Shown piece by piece: positions 1-15,000 of a stretch of 64,000 bases of DNA. The notes under the pieces are model-generated. The model was not told the DNA's origin, did not search any database, and saw nothing but the letters and a program-made list of their open reading frames with translations. The DNA comes from Nemertoderma westbladi (lineage: Eukaryota; Animalia; Xenacoelomorpha), in assembly GCA_032718475.1 (NCBI GenBank), contig JAUCBJ010004707.1:44961-108960 (forward strand). Reading direction: 5' to 3'. The position numbers and the translations under genes are program-made. How positions within the stretch are numbered: the stretch's first letter is position 1; every line of letters starts with the position of its first letter.

Positions 1-3000
1 AGTGCACTTTATATATTTGTTTGTTTGTGTGGGACCCTTCTAGTGCGCTTTATATATTTGATTGTAGGTGTGGGACCCTTCTAGTGCGCTTTATATATTT
101 GTTTGTAGGTGTGGGACCCTTCTAGTGCACTTTATATATTTGATTGTAGGTGTGGGACCCTTCTAGTGCGCTTTATATATTTGTTTGTAGGTGTGGGACC
201 CTTCTAGTGCGCTTTATATATTTGTTTGTAGGTGTGGGACCCTTCTAGTGCGCTTTATATATTTGTTTGTAGGTGTGGGACCCTTCTAGTGCACTTTATA
301 TATTTGTTTGTTTGTGTGGGACCCTTCTAGTGCACTTTATATATTTGTTTGTTTGTGTGGGACCCTTCTAGTGCGCTTTATATATTTGATTGTAGGTGTG
401 GGACCCTTCTAGTGCGCTTTATATATTTGTTTGTAGGTGTGGGACCCTTCCAGTGCGCTTTATATATTTGTTTGTAGGTGTGGGACCTTCTAGTGCGCTT
501 TATATATTTGGTTGTAGGTGTGGGACCCCTCTTGTGCGCTTTATATATTTGTTTGTAGGTGTGGGACCCTTCTAGTGCGCTTTATATATTTGTTTGTAGG
601 TGTGGGACCCTTCTAGTGCACTTTATATATTTGTTTGTTTGTGTGGGACCCTTCTAGTGCACTTTATATATTTGTTTGTTTGTGTGGGACCCTTCTAGTG
701 CGCTTTATATATTTGATTGTAGGTGTGGGACCCTTCTAGTGCGCTTTATATATTTGTTTGTAGGTGTGGGACCCTTCCAGTGCGCTTTATATATTTGTTT
801 GTAGGTGTGGGACCTTCTAGTGCGCTTTATATATTTGGTTGTAGGTGTGGGACCCCTCTTGTGCGCTTTATATATTTGTTTGTAGGTGTGGGACCCTTCT
901 AGTGCGCTTTATATATTTGTTTGTAGGTGTGGGACCCTTCTAGTGCGCTTTATATATTTGTTTGTTTGTGTGGGACCCTTCTAGTGCGCTTTATATATTT
1001 GTTTGTAGGTGTGGGACCCTTCTAGTGCGCTTTATATATTTGGTTGTAGGTGTGGGACCCCTCTTGTGCGCTTTATATATTTGTTTGTAGGTGAGGGACC
1101 CTTCTAGTGCGCTTTATATATTTGTTTGTTTGTGAGGGACCCTTCTAGTGCGCTTTATATATTTGTTTGTTTGTGAGGGACCCTTCTAGTGCGCTTTATA
1201 TATTTGTTTGTAGGTGTGGGACCCTTCTAGTGCGCTTTATATATTTGTTTGTTTGTGTGGGACCCTTCTAGTGCACTTTATATATTTGTTTGTAGGTGTG
1301 GGACCCTTCTAGTGCGCTTTATATATTTGTTTGTAGGTGTGGGACCCTTCTAGTGCGCTTTATATATTTGGTTGTAGGTGTGGGACCCCTCTTGTGCGCT
1401 TTATATATTTGTTTGTAGGTGAGGGACCCTTCTAGTGCGCTTTATATATTTGTTTGTTTGTGAGGGACCCTTCTAGTGCGCTTTATATATTTGTTTGTTT
1501 GTGAGGGACCCTTCTAGTGCGCTTTATATATTTGTTTGTAGGTGTGGGACCCTTCTAGTGCGCTTTATATATTTGTTTGTTTGTGAGGGACCCTTCTAGT
1601 GCGCTTTATATATTTGTTTGTTTGTGTGGGACCCTTCTAGTGCGCTTTATATATTTGTTTGTTTGGTGTGGGACCCTTCCAGTGCGCTTTATATATTTGT
1701 TTGTAGGTGTTGGACCCTTCTAGTGCGCTTTATATATTTGTTTGTAGGTGAGGGACCCTTCTAGTGCGCTTTATATATTTGTTTGTAGGTGTGGGACCCT
1801 TCTAGTGCGCTTTATATATTTGGTTGTAGGTGTGGGACCCCTCTTGTGCGCTTTATATATTTGTTTGTTTGTGAGGGACCCTTCTAGTGCGCTTTATATA
1901 TTTGTTTGTTTGTGAGGGACCCTTCTAGTGCGCTTTATATATTTGTTTGTTTGTGAGGGACCCTTCTAGTGCGCTTTATATATTTGTTTGTTTGGTGTGG
2001 GACCCTTCTAGTGCGCTTTATATATTTGTTTGTTTGTGAGGGACCCTTCTAGTGCGCTTTATATATTTGTTTGTTTGTGAGGGACCCTTCTAGTGCGCTT
2101 TATATATTTGTTTGTTTGTGAGGGACCCTTCTAGTGCGCTTTATATATTTGTTTGTTTGGTGTGGGACCCTTCTAGTGCGCTTTATATATTTGTTTGTTT
2201 GTGAGGGACCCTTCTAGTGCGCTTTATATATTTGTTTGTTTGTGAGGGACCCTTCTAGTGCGCTTTATATATTTGTTTGTTTGGTGTGGGACCCTTCTAG
2301 TGCGCTTTATATATTTGTTTGTTTGTGAGGGACCCTTCTAGTGCGCTTTATATATTTGTTTGTTTGTGAGGGACCCTTCTAGTGCGCTTTATATATTTGT
2401 TTGTTTGTGAGGGACCCTTCTAGTGCGCTTTATATATTTGTTTGTTTGGTGTGGGACCCTTCTAGTGCGCTTTATATATTTGTTTGTTTGTGAGGGACCC
2501 TTCTAGTGCGCTTTATATATTTGTTTGTTTGTGAGGGACCCTTCTAGTGCGCTTTATATATTTGTTTGTTTGGTGTGGGACCCTTCTAGTGCGCTTTATA
2601 TATTTGTTTGTTTGTGAGGGACCCTTCTAGTGCGCTTTATATATTTGTTTGTTTGTGAGGGACCCTTCTAGTGCGCTTTATATATTTGTTTGTTTGGTGT
2701 GGGACCCTTCTAGTGCGCTTTATATATTTGTTTGTTTGTGAGGGACCCTTCTAGTGCGCTTTATATATTTGTTTGTTTGTGAGGGACCCTTCTAGTGCGC
2801 TTTATATATTTGTTTGTTTGTGAGGGACCCTTCTAGTGCGCTTTATATATTTGTTTGTTTGTGAGGGACCCTTCTAGTGCGCTTTATATATTTGTTTGTT
2901 TGGTGTGGGACCCTTCTAGTGCGCTTTATATATTTGTTTGTTTGTGAGGGACCCTTCTAGTGCGCTTTATATATTTGTTTGTTTGTGAGGGACCCTTCTA

Positions 3001-6000
3001 GTGCGCTTTATATATTTGTTTGTAGGTGTGGGACCCTTCTAGTGCGCTTTATATATTTGATTGTAGGTGTGGGACCTTCTAGTGCGCTTTATATATTTGT
3101 TTGTAGGTGTGGGACCCTTCTAGTGCGCTTTATATATTTGTTTGTTTGTGAGGGACCCTTCTAGTGCGCTTTATATATTTGTTTGTAGGTGTGGGACCCT
3201 TCTAGTGCGCTTTATATATTTGTTTGTTTGTGAGGGACCCTTCTAGTGCGCTTTATATATTTGTTTGTAGGTGTGGGACCCTTCTAGTGCGCTTTATATA
3301 TTTGTTTGTTTGTGAGGGACCCTTCTAGTGCACTTTATATATTTGTTTGTAGGTGTGGGACCCTTCTAGTGCGCTTTATATATTTGTTTGTAGGTGTGGG
3401 ACCCTTCTAGTGCGCTTTATATATTTGTTTGTTTGTGAGGGACCCTTCTAGTGCGCTTTATATATTTGTTTGTTTGTGAGGGACCCTTCTAGTGCGCTTT
3501 ATATATTTGTTTGTAGGTGTGGGACCCTTCTAGTGCGCTTTATATATTTGATTGTAGGTGTGGGACCTTCTAGTGCGCTTTATATATTTGTTTGTAGGTG
3601 TGGGACCCTTCTAGTGCGCTTTATATATTTGTTTGTTTGTGAGGGACCCTTCTAGTGCGCTTTATATATTTGTTTGTTTGTGAGGGACCCTTCTAGTGCG
3701 CTTTATATATTTGTTTGTTTGTGAGGGACCCTTCTAGTGCGCTTTATATATTTGTTTGTTTGTGAGGGACCCTTCTAGTGCGCTTTATATATTTGTTTGT
3801 TTGGTGTGGGACCCTTCTAGTGCGCTTTATATATTTGTTTGTTTGTGAGGGACCCTTCTAGTGCGCTTTATATATTTGTTTGTTTGTGAGGGACCCTTCT
3901 AGTGCGCTTTATATATTTGTTTGTAGGTGTGGGACCCTTCTAGTGCGCTTTATATATTTGATTGTAGGTGTGGGACCTTCTAGTGCGCTTTATATATTTG
4001 TTTGTAGGTGTGGGACCCTTCTAGTGCGCTTTATATATTTGTTTGTTTGTGAGGGACCCTTCTAGTGCGCTTTATATATTTGTTTGTAGGTGTGGGACCC
4101 TTCTAGTGCGCTTTATATATTTGTTTGTTTGTGAGGGACCCTTCTAGTGCGCTTTATATATTTGTTTGTAGGTGTGGGACCCTTCTAGTGCGCTTTATAT
4201 ATTTGTTTGTTTGTGAGGGACCCTTCTAGTGCACTTTATATATTTGTTTGTAGGTGTGGGACCCTTCTAGTGCGCTTTATATATTTGTTTGTAGGTGTGG
4301 GACCCTTCTAGTGCGCTTTATATATTTGTTTGTTTGTGAGGGACCCTTCTAGTGCGCTTTATATATTTGTTTGTTTGTGAGGGACCCTTCTAGTGCGCTT
4401 TATATATTTGTTTGTAGGTGTGGGACCCTTCTAGTGCGCTTTATATATTTGGTTGTAGGTGTGGGACCCTTCTAGTGCGCTTTATATATTTGTTTGTTTG
4501 TGAGGGACCCTTCTAGTGCGCTTTATATATTTGTTTGTTTGTGAGGGACCCTTCTAGTGCGCTTTATATATTTGTTTGTAGGTGTGGGACCCTTCTAGTG
4601 CGCTTTATATATTTGGTTGTAGGTGTGGGACCCTTCTAGTGCGCTTTATATATTTGTTTGTTTGTGAGGGACCCTTCTAGTGCGCTTTATATATTTGTTT
4701 GTTTGTGTGGGACCCTTCTAGTGCGCTTTATATATTTGTTTGTTTGTGAGGGACCCTTCTAGTGCGCTTTATATATTTGTTTGTAGGTGAGGGACCCTTC
4801 TAGTGCGCTTTATATATTTGTTTGTTTGTGAGGGACCCTTCTAGTGCGCTTTATATATTTGTTTGTAGGTGAGGGACCCTTCTAGTGCGCTTTATATATT
4901 TGTTTGTTTGTGAGGGACCCTTCTAGTGCGCTTTATATATTTGTTTGTTTGTGAGGGACCCTTCTAGTGCGCTTTATATATTTGTTTGTTTGTGAGGGAC
5001 CCTTCTAGTGCGCTTTATATATTTGTTTGTTTGGTGTGGGACCCTTCTAGTGCGCTTTATATATTTGTTTGTTTGTGAGGGACCCTTCTAGTGCGCTTTA
5101 TATATTTGTTTGTTTGTGAGGGACCCTTCTAGTGCGCTTTATATATTTGTTTGTAGGTGTGGGACCCTTCTAGTGCGCTTTATATATTTGGTTGTAGGTG
5201 TGGGACCCCTCTTGTGCGCTTTATATATTTGTTTGTTTGTGAGGGACCCTTCTAGTGCGCTTTATATATTTGTTTGTTTGGTGTGGGACCCTTCTAGTGC
5301 GCTTTATATATTTGTTTGTTTGTGAGGGACCCTTCTAGTGCGCTTTATATATTTGTTTGTTTGTGTGGGACCCTTCTAGTGCGCTTTATATATTTGGTTG
5401 TAGGTGTGGGACCCCTCTTGTGCGCTTTATATATTTGTTTGTTTGTGAGGGACCCTTCTAGTGCGCTTTATATATTTGTTTGTTTGGTGTGGGGCCCTTC
5501 TAGTGCGCTTTATATATTTGTTTGTAGGTGTGGGGCCCTTCTAGTGCGCTTTATATATTTGTTTGTAGGTGTGGGACCCTTCTAGTGCGCTTTATATATT
5601 TGGTTGTAGGTGTGGGACCCCTCTTGTGCGCTTTATATATTTGTTTGTTTGTGAGGGACCCTTCTAGTGCGCTTTATATATTTGTTTGTTTGGTGTGGGA
5701 CCCTTCTAGTGCGCTTTATATATTTGTTTGTTTGTGAGGGACCCTTCTAGTGCGCTTTATATATTTGTTTGTTTGTGTGGGACCCTTCTAGTGCGCTTTA
5801 TATATTTGTTTGTTTGGTGTGGGACCCTTCCAGTGCGCTTTATATATTTGTTTGTAGGTGTTGGACCCTTCTAGTGCGCTTTATATATTTGTTTGTTTGT
5901 GAGGGACCCTTCTAGTGCGCTTTATATATTTGTTTGTTTGTGAGGGACCCTTCTAGTGCGCTTTATATATTTGTTTGTTTGGTGTGGGACCCTTCTAGTG

Positions 6001-9000
6001 CGCTTTATATATTTGTTTGTTTGTGAGGGACCCTTCTAGTGCGCTTTATATATTTGTTTGTTTGTGTGGGACCCTTCTAGTGCACTTTATATATTTGTTT
6101 GTTTGTGTGGGACCCTTCTAGTGCGCTTTATATATTTGTTTGTTTGTGAGGGACCCTTCTAGTGCGCTTTATATATTTGTTTGTTTGTGAGGGACCCTTC
6201 TAGTGCGCTTTATATATTTGTTTGTTTGTGTGGGACCCTTCTAGTGCGCTTTATATATTTGTTTGTTTGTGAGGGACCCTTCTAGTGCGCTTTATATATT
6301 TGTTTGTTTGTGAGGGACCCTTCTAGTGCGCTTTATATTTGTTTGTTTGTGAGGGACCCTTCTAGTGCGCTTTATATATTTGTTTGTTTGTGAGGGACCC
6401 TTCTAGTGCGCTTTATATATTTGTTTGTTTGTGAGGGACCCTTCTAGTGCGCTTTATATATTTGTTTGTTTGTGAGGGACCCTTCTAGTGCGCTTTATAT
6501 ATTTGTTTGTTTGTGAGGGACCCTTCTAGTGCGCTTTATATATTTGTTTGTTTGTGTGGGACCCTTCTAGTGCGCTTTATATATTTGTTTGTTTGGTGTG
6601 GGACCCTTCCAGTGCGCTTTATATATTTGTTTGTAGGTGTTGGACCCTTCTAGTGCGCTTTATATATTTGTTTGTAGGTGAGGGACCCTTCTAGTGCGCT
6701 TTATATATTTGTTTGTAGGTGTGGGACCCTTCTAGTGCGCTTTATATATTTGGTTGTAGGTGTGGGACCCCTCTTGTGCGCTTTATATATTTGTTTGTTT
6801 GTGAGGGACCCTTCTAGTGCGCTTTATATATTTGTTTGTTTGTGAGGGACCCTTCTAGTGCGCTTTATATATTTGTTTGTTTGTGAGGGACCCTTCTAGT
6901 GCACTTTATATATTTGTTTGTTTGTGAGGGACCCTTCTAGTGCGCTTTATATATTTGTTTGTTTGTGTGGGACCCTTCTAGTGCGCTTTATATATTTGTT
7001 TGTAGGTGTGGGACCCTTCTAGTGCGCTTTATATATTTGGTTGTAGGTGTGGGACCCTTCTAGTGCGCTTTATATATTTGTTTGTTTGTGAGGGACCCTT
7101 CTAGTGCGCTTTATATATTTGTTTGTTTGTGAGGGACCCTTCTAGTGCGCTTTATATATTTGTTTGTAGGTGTGGGACCCTTCTAGTGCGCTTTATATAT
7201 TTGTTTGTAGGTGTGGGACCCTTCTAGTGCGCTTTATATATTTGTTTGTAGGTGTGGGACCCTTCTAGTGCGCTTTATATATTTGTTTGTAGGTGTGGGA
7301 CCCTTCTAGTGCTCTTTATATATTTGTTTGTAGGTGTGGGACCCTTCTAGTGCGCTTTATATATTTGTTTGTAGGTGTGGGACCCTTCTAGTGCGCTTTA
7401 TATATTTGTTTGTAGGTGAGGGACCCTTCTAGTGCGCTTTATATATTTGTTTGTTTGTGAGGGACCCTTCTAGTGCGCTTTATATATTTGTTTGTTTGTG
7501 AGGGACCCTTCTAGTGCGCTTTATATATTTGTTTGTAGGTGTGGGACCCTTCTAGTGCGCTTTATATATTTGTTTGTTTGTGAGGGACCCTTCTAGTGCG
7601 CTTTATATATTTGTTTGTAGGTGTGGGACCCTTCTAGTGCGCTTTATATATTTGTTTGTTTGTGAGGGACCCTTCTAGTGCGCTTTATATATTTGTTTGT
7701 TTGTGAGGGACCCTTCTAGTGCGCTTTATATATTTGATTGTAGGTGTGGGACCCTTCTAGTGCACTTTATATATTTGTTTGTTTGTGTGGGACCCTTCTA
7801 GTGCGCTTTATATATTTGTTTGTTTGTGTGGGACCCTTCTAGTGCACTTTATATATTTGTTTGTTTGTGTGGGACCCTTCTAGTGCGCTTTATATATTTG
7901 TTTGTTTGTGTGGGACCCTTCTAGTGCGCTTTATATATTTGTTTGTAGGTGTGGGACCCTTCTAGTGCGCTTTATATATTTGTTTGTTTGTGTGGGACCC
8001 TTCTAGTGCGCTTTATATATTTGTTTGTAGGTGTGGGACCCTTCTAGTGCGCTTTATATATTTGATTGTAGGTGTGGGACCCTTCTAGTGCGCTTTATAT
8101 ATTTGTTTGTTTGTGTGGGACCCTTCTAGTGTGCTTTATATATTTGATTGTAGGTGTGGGACCCTTCTAGTGCGCTTTATATATTTGGTTGTAGGTGTGG
8201 GACCCCTCTTGTGCGCTTTATATATTTGTTTGTAGGTGAGGGACCCTTCTAGTGCGCTTTATATATTTGTTTGTAGGTGTGGGACCCTTCTAGTGCGCTT
8301 TATATATTTGTTTGTAGGTGTGGGACCCTTCTAGTGCGCTTTATATATTTGGTTGTAGGTGTGGGACCCCTCTTGTGCGCTTTATATATTTGTTTGTAGG
8401 TGAGGGACCCTTCTAGTGCGCTTTATATATTTGTTTGTAGGTGTGGGACCCTTCTAGTGCGCTTTATATATTTGTTTGTAGGTGAGGGACCCTTCTAGTG
8501 CGCTTTATATATTTGTTTGTAGGTGTGGGACCCTTCTAGTGCGCTTTATATATTTGTTTGTAGGTGTGGGACCCTTCTAGTGCGCTTTATATATTTGTTT
8601 GTTTGTGTGGGACCCTTCTAGTGCGCTTTATATATTTGTTTGTTTGTGTGGGACCCTTCTAGTGCGCTTTATATATTTGTTTGTAGGTGTGGGACCCTTC
8701 TAGTGTGCTTTATATATTTGATTGTAGGTGTGGGACCCTTCTAGTGCGCTTTATATATTTGTTTGTTTGTGTGGGACCCTTCTAGTGCGCTTTATATATT
8801 TGTTTGTTTGTGTGGGACCCTTCTAGTGCGCTTTATATATTTGTTTGTTTGTGTGGGACCCTTCTAGTGCACTTTATATATTTGTTTGTTTGTGTGGGAC
8901 CCTTCTAGTGCGCTTTATATATTTGTTTGTTTGTGAGGGACCCTTCTAGTGCGCTTTATATATTTGTTTGTTTGTGAGGGACCCTTCTAGTGCGCTTTAT

Positions 9001-12000
9001 ATATTTGTTTGTTTGTGTGGGACCCTTCTAGTGCGCTTTATATATTTGTTTGTTTGTGTGGGACCCTTCTAGTGCGCTTTATATATTTGTTTGTTTGTGT
9101 GGGACCCTTCTAGTGCGCTTTATATATTTGTTTGTTTGTGTGGGACCCTTCTAGTGCACTTTATATATTTGTTTGTTTGTGTGGGACCCTTCTAGTGCGC
9201 TTTATATATTTGTTTGTTTGTGTGGGACCCTTCTAGTGCGCTTTATATATTTGTTTGTTTGTGTGGGACCCTTCTAGTGCGCTTTATATATTTGTTTTTA
9301 GGTGTGGGACCCTTCTAGTGCGCTTTATATATTTGTTTGTAGGTGTGGGACCCTTCTAGTGCGCTTTATATATTTGTTTGTAGGTGTGGGACCCTTCTAG
9401 TGCGCTTTATATATTTGTTTGTAGGTGTGGGACCCTTCTAGTGCGCTTTATATATTTGTTTGTAGGTGTGGGACCCTTCTAGTGCGCTTTATATATTTGT
9501 TTGTAGGTGTGGGACCCTTCTAGTGCGCTTTATATATTTGTTTGTTTGTGTGGGACCCTTCTAGTGCGCTTTATATATTTGTTTGTTTGTGTGGGACCCT
9601 TCTAGTGCGCTTTATATATTTGTTTGTTTGTGTGGGACCCTTCTAGTGCGCTTTATATATTTGTTTGTTTGTGTGGGACCCTTCTAGTGCGCTTTATATA
9701 TTTGTTTGTTTGTGTGGGACCCTTCTAGTGCGCTTTATATATTTGTTTGTTTGTGTGGGACCCTTCTAGTGCGCTTTATATATTTGTTTGTTTGTGTGGG
9801 ACCCTTCTAGTGCGCTTTATATATTTGTTTGTTTGTGTGGGACCCTTCTAGTGCGCTTTATATATTTGTTTGTTTGTGTGGGACCCTTCTAGTGCGCTTT
9901 ATATATTTGTTTGTTTGTGTGGGACCCTTCTAGTGCGCTTTATATATTTGTTTGTTTGTGTGGGACCCTTCTAGTGCGCTTTATATATTTGTTTGTTTGT
10001 GAGGGACCCTTCTAGTGCGCTTTATATATTTGTTTGTAGGTGTGGGGCCCTTCTAGTGCGCTTTATATATTTGTTTGTAGGTGTGGGACCCTTCTAGTGC
10101 GCTTTATATATTTGTTTGTAGGTGTGGGACCCTTCTAGTGCGCTTTATATATTTGTTTGTAGGTGTGGGACCCTTCTAGTGCGCTTTATATATTTGTTTG
10201 TTTGTGTGGGACCCTTCTAGTGCGCTTTATATATTTGTTTGTTTGTGAGGGACCCTTCTAGTGCGCTTTATATATTTGTTTGTTTGTGTGGGACCCTTCT
10301 AGTGCGCTTTATATATTTGTTTGTAGGTGTGGGACCCTTCTAGTGCGCTTTATATATTTGTTTGTTTGTGAGGGACCCTTCTAGTGCGCTTTATATATTT
10401 GTTTGTAGGTGTGGGGCCCTTCTAGTGCGCTTTATATATTTGTTTGTAGGTGTGGGGCCCTTCTAGTGCGCTTTATATATTTGTTTGTTTGTGTGGGACC
10501 CTTCTAGTGCACTTTATATATTTGTTTGTTTGTGAGGGACCCTTCTAGTGCACTTTATATATTTGTTTGTTTGTGTGGGACCCTTCTAGTGCACTTTATA
10601 TATTTGTTTGTTTGTGTGGGACCCTTCTAGTGCGCTTTATATATTTGTTTGTAGGTGTGGGGCCCTTCTAGTGCGCTTTATATATTTGTTTGTTTGTGAG
10701 GGACCCTTCTAGTGCGCTTTATATATTTGTTTGTAGGTGTGGGGCCCTTCTAGTGCGCTTTATATATTTGTTTGTAGGTGTGGGGCCCTTCTAGTGCGCT
10801 TTATATATTTGTTTGTTTGTGTGGGACCCTTCTAGTGCACTTTATATATTTGTTTGTTTGTGAGGGACCCTTCTAGTGCACTTTATATATTTGTTTGTTT
10901 GTGTGGGACCCTTCTAGTGCACTTTATATATTTGTTTGTTTGTGTGGGACCCTTCTAGTGCGCTTTATATATTTGTTTGTTTGTGTGGGACCCTTCTAGT
11001 GCACTTTATATATTTGTTTGTTTGTGAGGGACCCTTCTAGTGCGCTTTATATATTTGTTTGTAGGTGTGGGGCCCTTCTAGTGCGCTTTATATATTTGTT
11101 TGTAGGTGTGGGGCCCTTCTAGTGCGCTTTATATATTTGTTTGTTTGTGTGGGACCCTTCTAGTGCGCTTTATATATTTGTTTGTTTGTGTGGGACCCTT
11201 CTAGTGCACTTTATATATTTGTTTGTTTGTGAGGGACCCTTCTAGTGCGCTTTATATATTTGTTTGTTTGTGTGGGACCCTTCTAGTGCACTTTATATAT
11301 TTGTTTGTTTGTGAGGGACCCTTCTAGTGCGCTTTATATATTTGTTTGTTTGTGTGGGACCCTTCTAGTGCGCTTTATATATTTGTTTGTTTGTGAGGGA
11401 CCCTTCTAGTGCGCTTTATATATTTGTTTGTTTGTGAGGGACCCTTCTAGTGCGCTTTATATATTTGTTTGTTTGTGTGGGACCCTTCTAGTGCACTTTA
11501 TATATTTGTTTGTTTGTGTGGGACCCTTCTAGTGCACTTTATATATTTGTTTGTTTGTGAGGGACCCTTCTAGTGCACTTTATATATTTGTTTGTTTGTG
11601 TGGGACCCTTCTAGTGCACTTTATATATTTGTTTGTTTGTGTGGGACCCTTCTAGTGCGCTTTATATATTTGTTTGTTTGTGTGGGACCCTTCTAGTGCA
11701 CTTTATATATTTGTTTGTTTGTGAGGGACCCTTCTAGTGCGCTTTATATATTTGTTTGTAGGTGTGGGGCCCTTCTAGTGCGCTTTATATATTTGTTTGT
11801 AGGTGTGGGGCCCTTCTAGTGCGCTTTATATATTTGTTTGTTTGTGTGGGACCCTTCTAGTGCGCTTTATATATTTGTTTGTTTGTGTGGGACCCTTCTA
11901 GTGCACTTTATATATTTGTTTGTTTGTGAGGGACCCTTCTAGTGCGCTTTATATATTTGTTTGTTTGTGTGGGACCCTTCTAGTGCGCTTTATATATTTG

Positions 12001-15000
12001 TTTGTTTGTGAGGGACCCTTCTAGTGCGCTTTATATATTTGTTTGTTTGTGAGGGACCCTTCTAGTGCGCTTTATATATTTGTTTGTTTGTGTGGGACCC
12101 TTCTAGTGCACTTTATATATTTGTTTGTTTGTGAGGGACCCTTCTAGTGCGCTTTATATATTTGTTTGTTTGTGTGGGACCCTTCTAGTGCGCTTTATAT
12201 ATTTGTTTGTTTGTGAGGGACCCTTCTAGTGCGCTTTATATATTTGTTTGTTTGTGAGGGACCCTTCTAGTGCGCTTTATATATTTGTTTGTTTGTGAGG
12301 GACCCTTCTAGTGCGCTTTATATATTTGTTTGTTTGTGAGGGACCCTTCTAGTGCGCTTTATATATTTGTTTGTTTGTGAGGGACCCTTCTAGTGCGCTT
12401 TATATATTTGTTTGTTTGTGTGGGACCCTTCTAGTGCGCTTTATATATTTGTTTGTTTGTGAGGGACCCTTCTAGTGCGCTTTATATATTTGTTTGTTTG
12501 TGAGGGACCCTTCTAGTGCGCTTTATATATTTGTTTGTAGGTGAGGGACCCTTCTAGTGCACTTTATATATTTGTTTGTTTGTGTGGGACCCTTCTAGTG
12601 CGCTTTATATATTTGTTTGTTTGTGTGGGACCCTTCTAGTGCACTTTATATATTTGTTTGTTTGTGAGGGACCCTTCTAGTGCGCTTTATATATTTGTTT
12701 GTTTGTGTGGGACCCTTCTAGTGCGCTTTATATATTTGTTTGTTTGTGAGGGACCCTTCTAGTGCGCTTTATATATTTGTTTGTTTGTGAGGGACCCTTC
12801 TAGTGCGCTTTATATATTTGTTTGTAGGTGTGGGGCCCTTCTAGTGCGCTTTATATATTTGTTTGTAGGTGTGGGGCCCTTCTAGTGCGCTTTATATATT
12901 TGTTTGTAGGTGTGGGACCCTTCTAGTGCGCTTTATATATTTGTTTGTTTGTGTGGGACCCTTCTAGTGCGCTTTATATATTTGTTTGTTTGTGTGGGAC
13001 CCTTCTAGTGCGCTTTATATATTTGTTTGTTTGTGTGGGACCCTTCCAGTGCGCTTTATATATTTGTTTGTTTGTGTGGGACCCTTCTAGTGCGCTTTAT
13101 ATATTTGTTTGTAGGTGTGGGACCCTTCTAGTGCGCTTTATATATTTGTTTGTTTGTGAGGGACCCTTCTAGTGCGCTTTATATATTTGTTTGTTTGTGA
13201 GGGACCCTTCTAGTGCGCTTTATATATTTGTTTGTTTGTGAGGGACCCTTCTAGTGCGCTTTATATATTTGTTTGTTTGTGTGGGACCCTTCTAGTGCGC
13301 TTTATATATTTGTTTGTTTGTGTGGGACCCTTCTAGTGCACTTTATATATTTGTTTGTTTGTGTGGGACCCTTCTAGTGCGCTTTATATATTTGTTTGTT
13401 TGTGTGGGACCCTTCTAGTGCACTTTATATATTTGTTTGTTTGTGTGGGACCCTTCTAGTGCACTTTATATATTTGTTTGTTTGTGTGGGACCCTTCTAG
13501 TGCGCTTTATATATTTGTTTGTTTGTGTGGGACCCTTCTAGTGCACTTTATATATTTGTTTGTTTGTGTGGGACCCTTCTAGTGCGCTTTATATATTTGT
13601 TTGTTTGTGTGGGACCCTTCTAGTGCACTTTATATATTTGTTTGTTTGTGTGGGACCCTTCTAGTGCGCTTTATATATTTGTTTGTAGGTGTGGGACCCT
13701 TCTAGTGCGCTTTATATATTTGTTTTTAGGTGAGGGACCCTTCTAGTGCGCTTTATATATTTGTTTGTTTGGTGTGGGACCCTTCTAGTGCGCTTTATAT
13801 ATTTGTTTGTTTGTGTGGGACCCTTCTAGTGCACTTTATATATTTGTTTGTTTGTGTGGGACCCTTCTAGTGCGCTTTATATATTTGTTTGTTTGTGTGG
13901 GACCCTTCTAGTGCGCTTTATATATTTGTTTGTTTGTGTGGGACCCTTCTAGTGCGCTTTATATATTTGTTTGTTTGTGAGGGACCCTTCTAGTGCGCTT
14001 TATATATTTGTTTGTTTGTGTGGGACCCTTCTAGTGCGCTTTATATATTTGTTTGTTTGTGTGGGACCCTTCTAGTGCGCTTTATATATTTGTTTGTAGG
14101 TGTGGGACCCTTCTAGTGCGCTTTATATATTTGTTTTTAGGTGAGGGACCCTTCTAGTGCGCTTTATATATTTGTTTGTTTGGTGTGGGACCCTTCTAGT
14201 GCGCTTTATATATTTGTTTGTTTGTGTGGGACCCTTCTAGTGCACTTTATATATTTGTTTGTTTGTGTGGGACCCTTCTAGTGCGCTTTATATATTTGTT
14301 TGTTTGTGTGGGACCCTTCTAGTGCGCTTTATATATTTGTTTGTTTGTGTGGGACCCTTCTAGTGCGCTTTATATATTTGTTTGTTTGTGAGGGACCCTT
14401 CTAGTGCGCTTTATATATTTGTTTGTTTGTGTGGGACCCTTCTAGTGCGCTTTATATATTTGTTTGTTTGTGTGGGACCCTTCTAGTGCGCTTTATATAT
14501 TTGTTTGTTTGTGTGGGACCCTTCTAGTGCACTTTATATATTTGTTTGTTTGTGTGGGACCCTTCTAGTGCGCTTTATATATTTGTTTGTTTGTGTGGGA
14601 CCCTTCTAGTGCACTTTATATATTTGTTTGTTTGTGAGGGACCCTTCTAGTGCACTTTATATATTTGTTTGTTTGTGTGGGACCCTTCTAGTGCACTTTA
14701 TATATTTGTTTGTTTGTGTGGGACCCTTCTAGTGCGCTTTATATATTTGTTTGTTTGTGTGGGACCCTTCTAGTGCACTTTATATATTTGTTTGTTTGTG
14801 AGGGACCCTTCTAGTGCACTTTATATATTTGTTTGTTTGTGTGGGACCCTTCTAGTGCGCTTTATATATTTGTTTGTTTGTGTGGGACCCTTCTAGTGCA
14901 CTTTATATATTTGTTTGTTTGTGAGGGACCCTTCTAGTGCGCTTTATATATTTGTTTGTTTGTGTGGGACCCTTCTAGTGCGCTTTATATATTTGTTTGT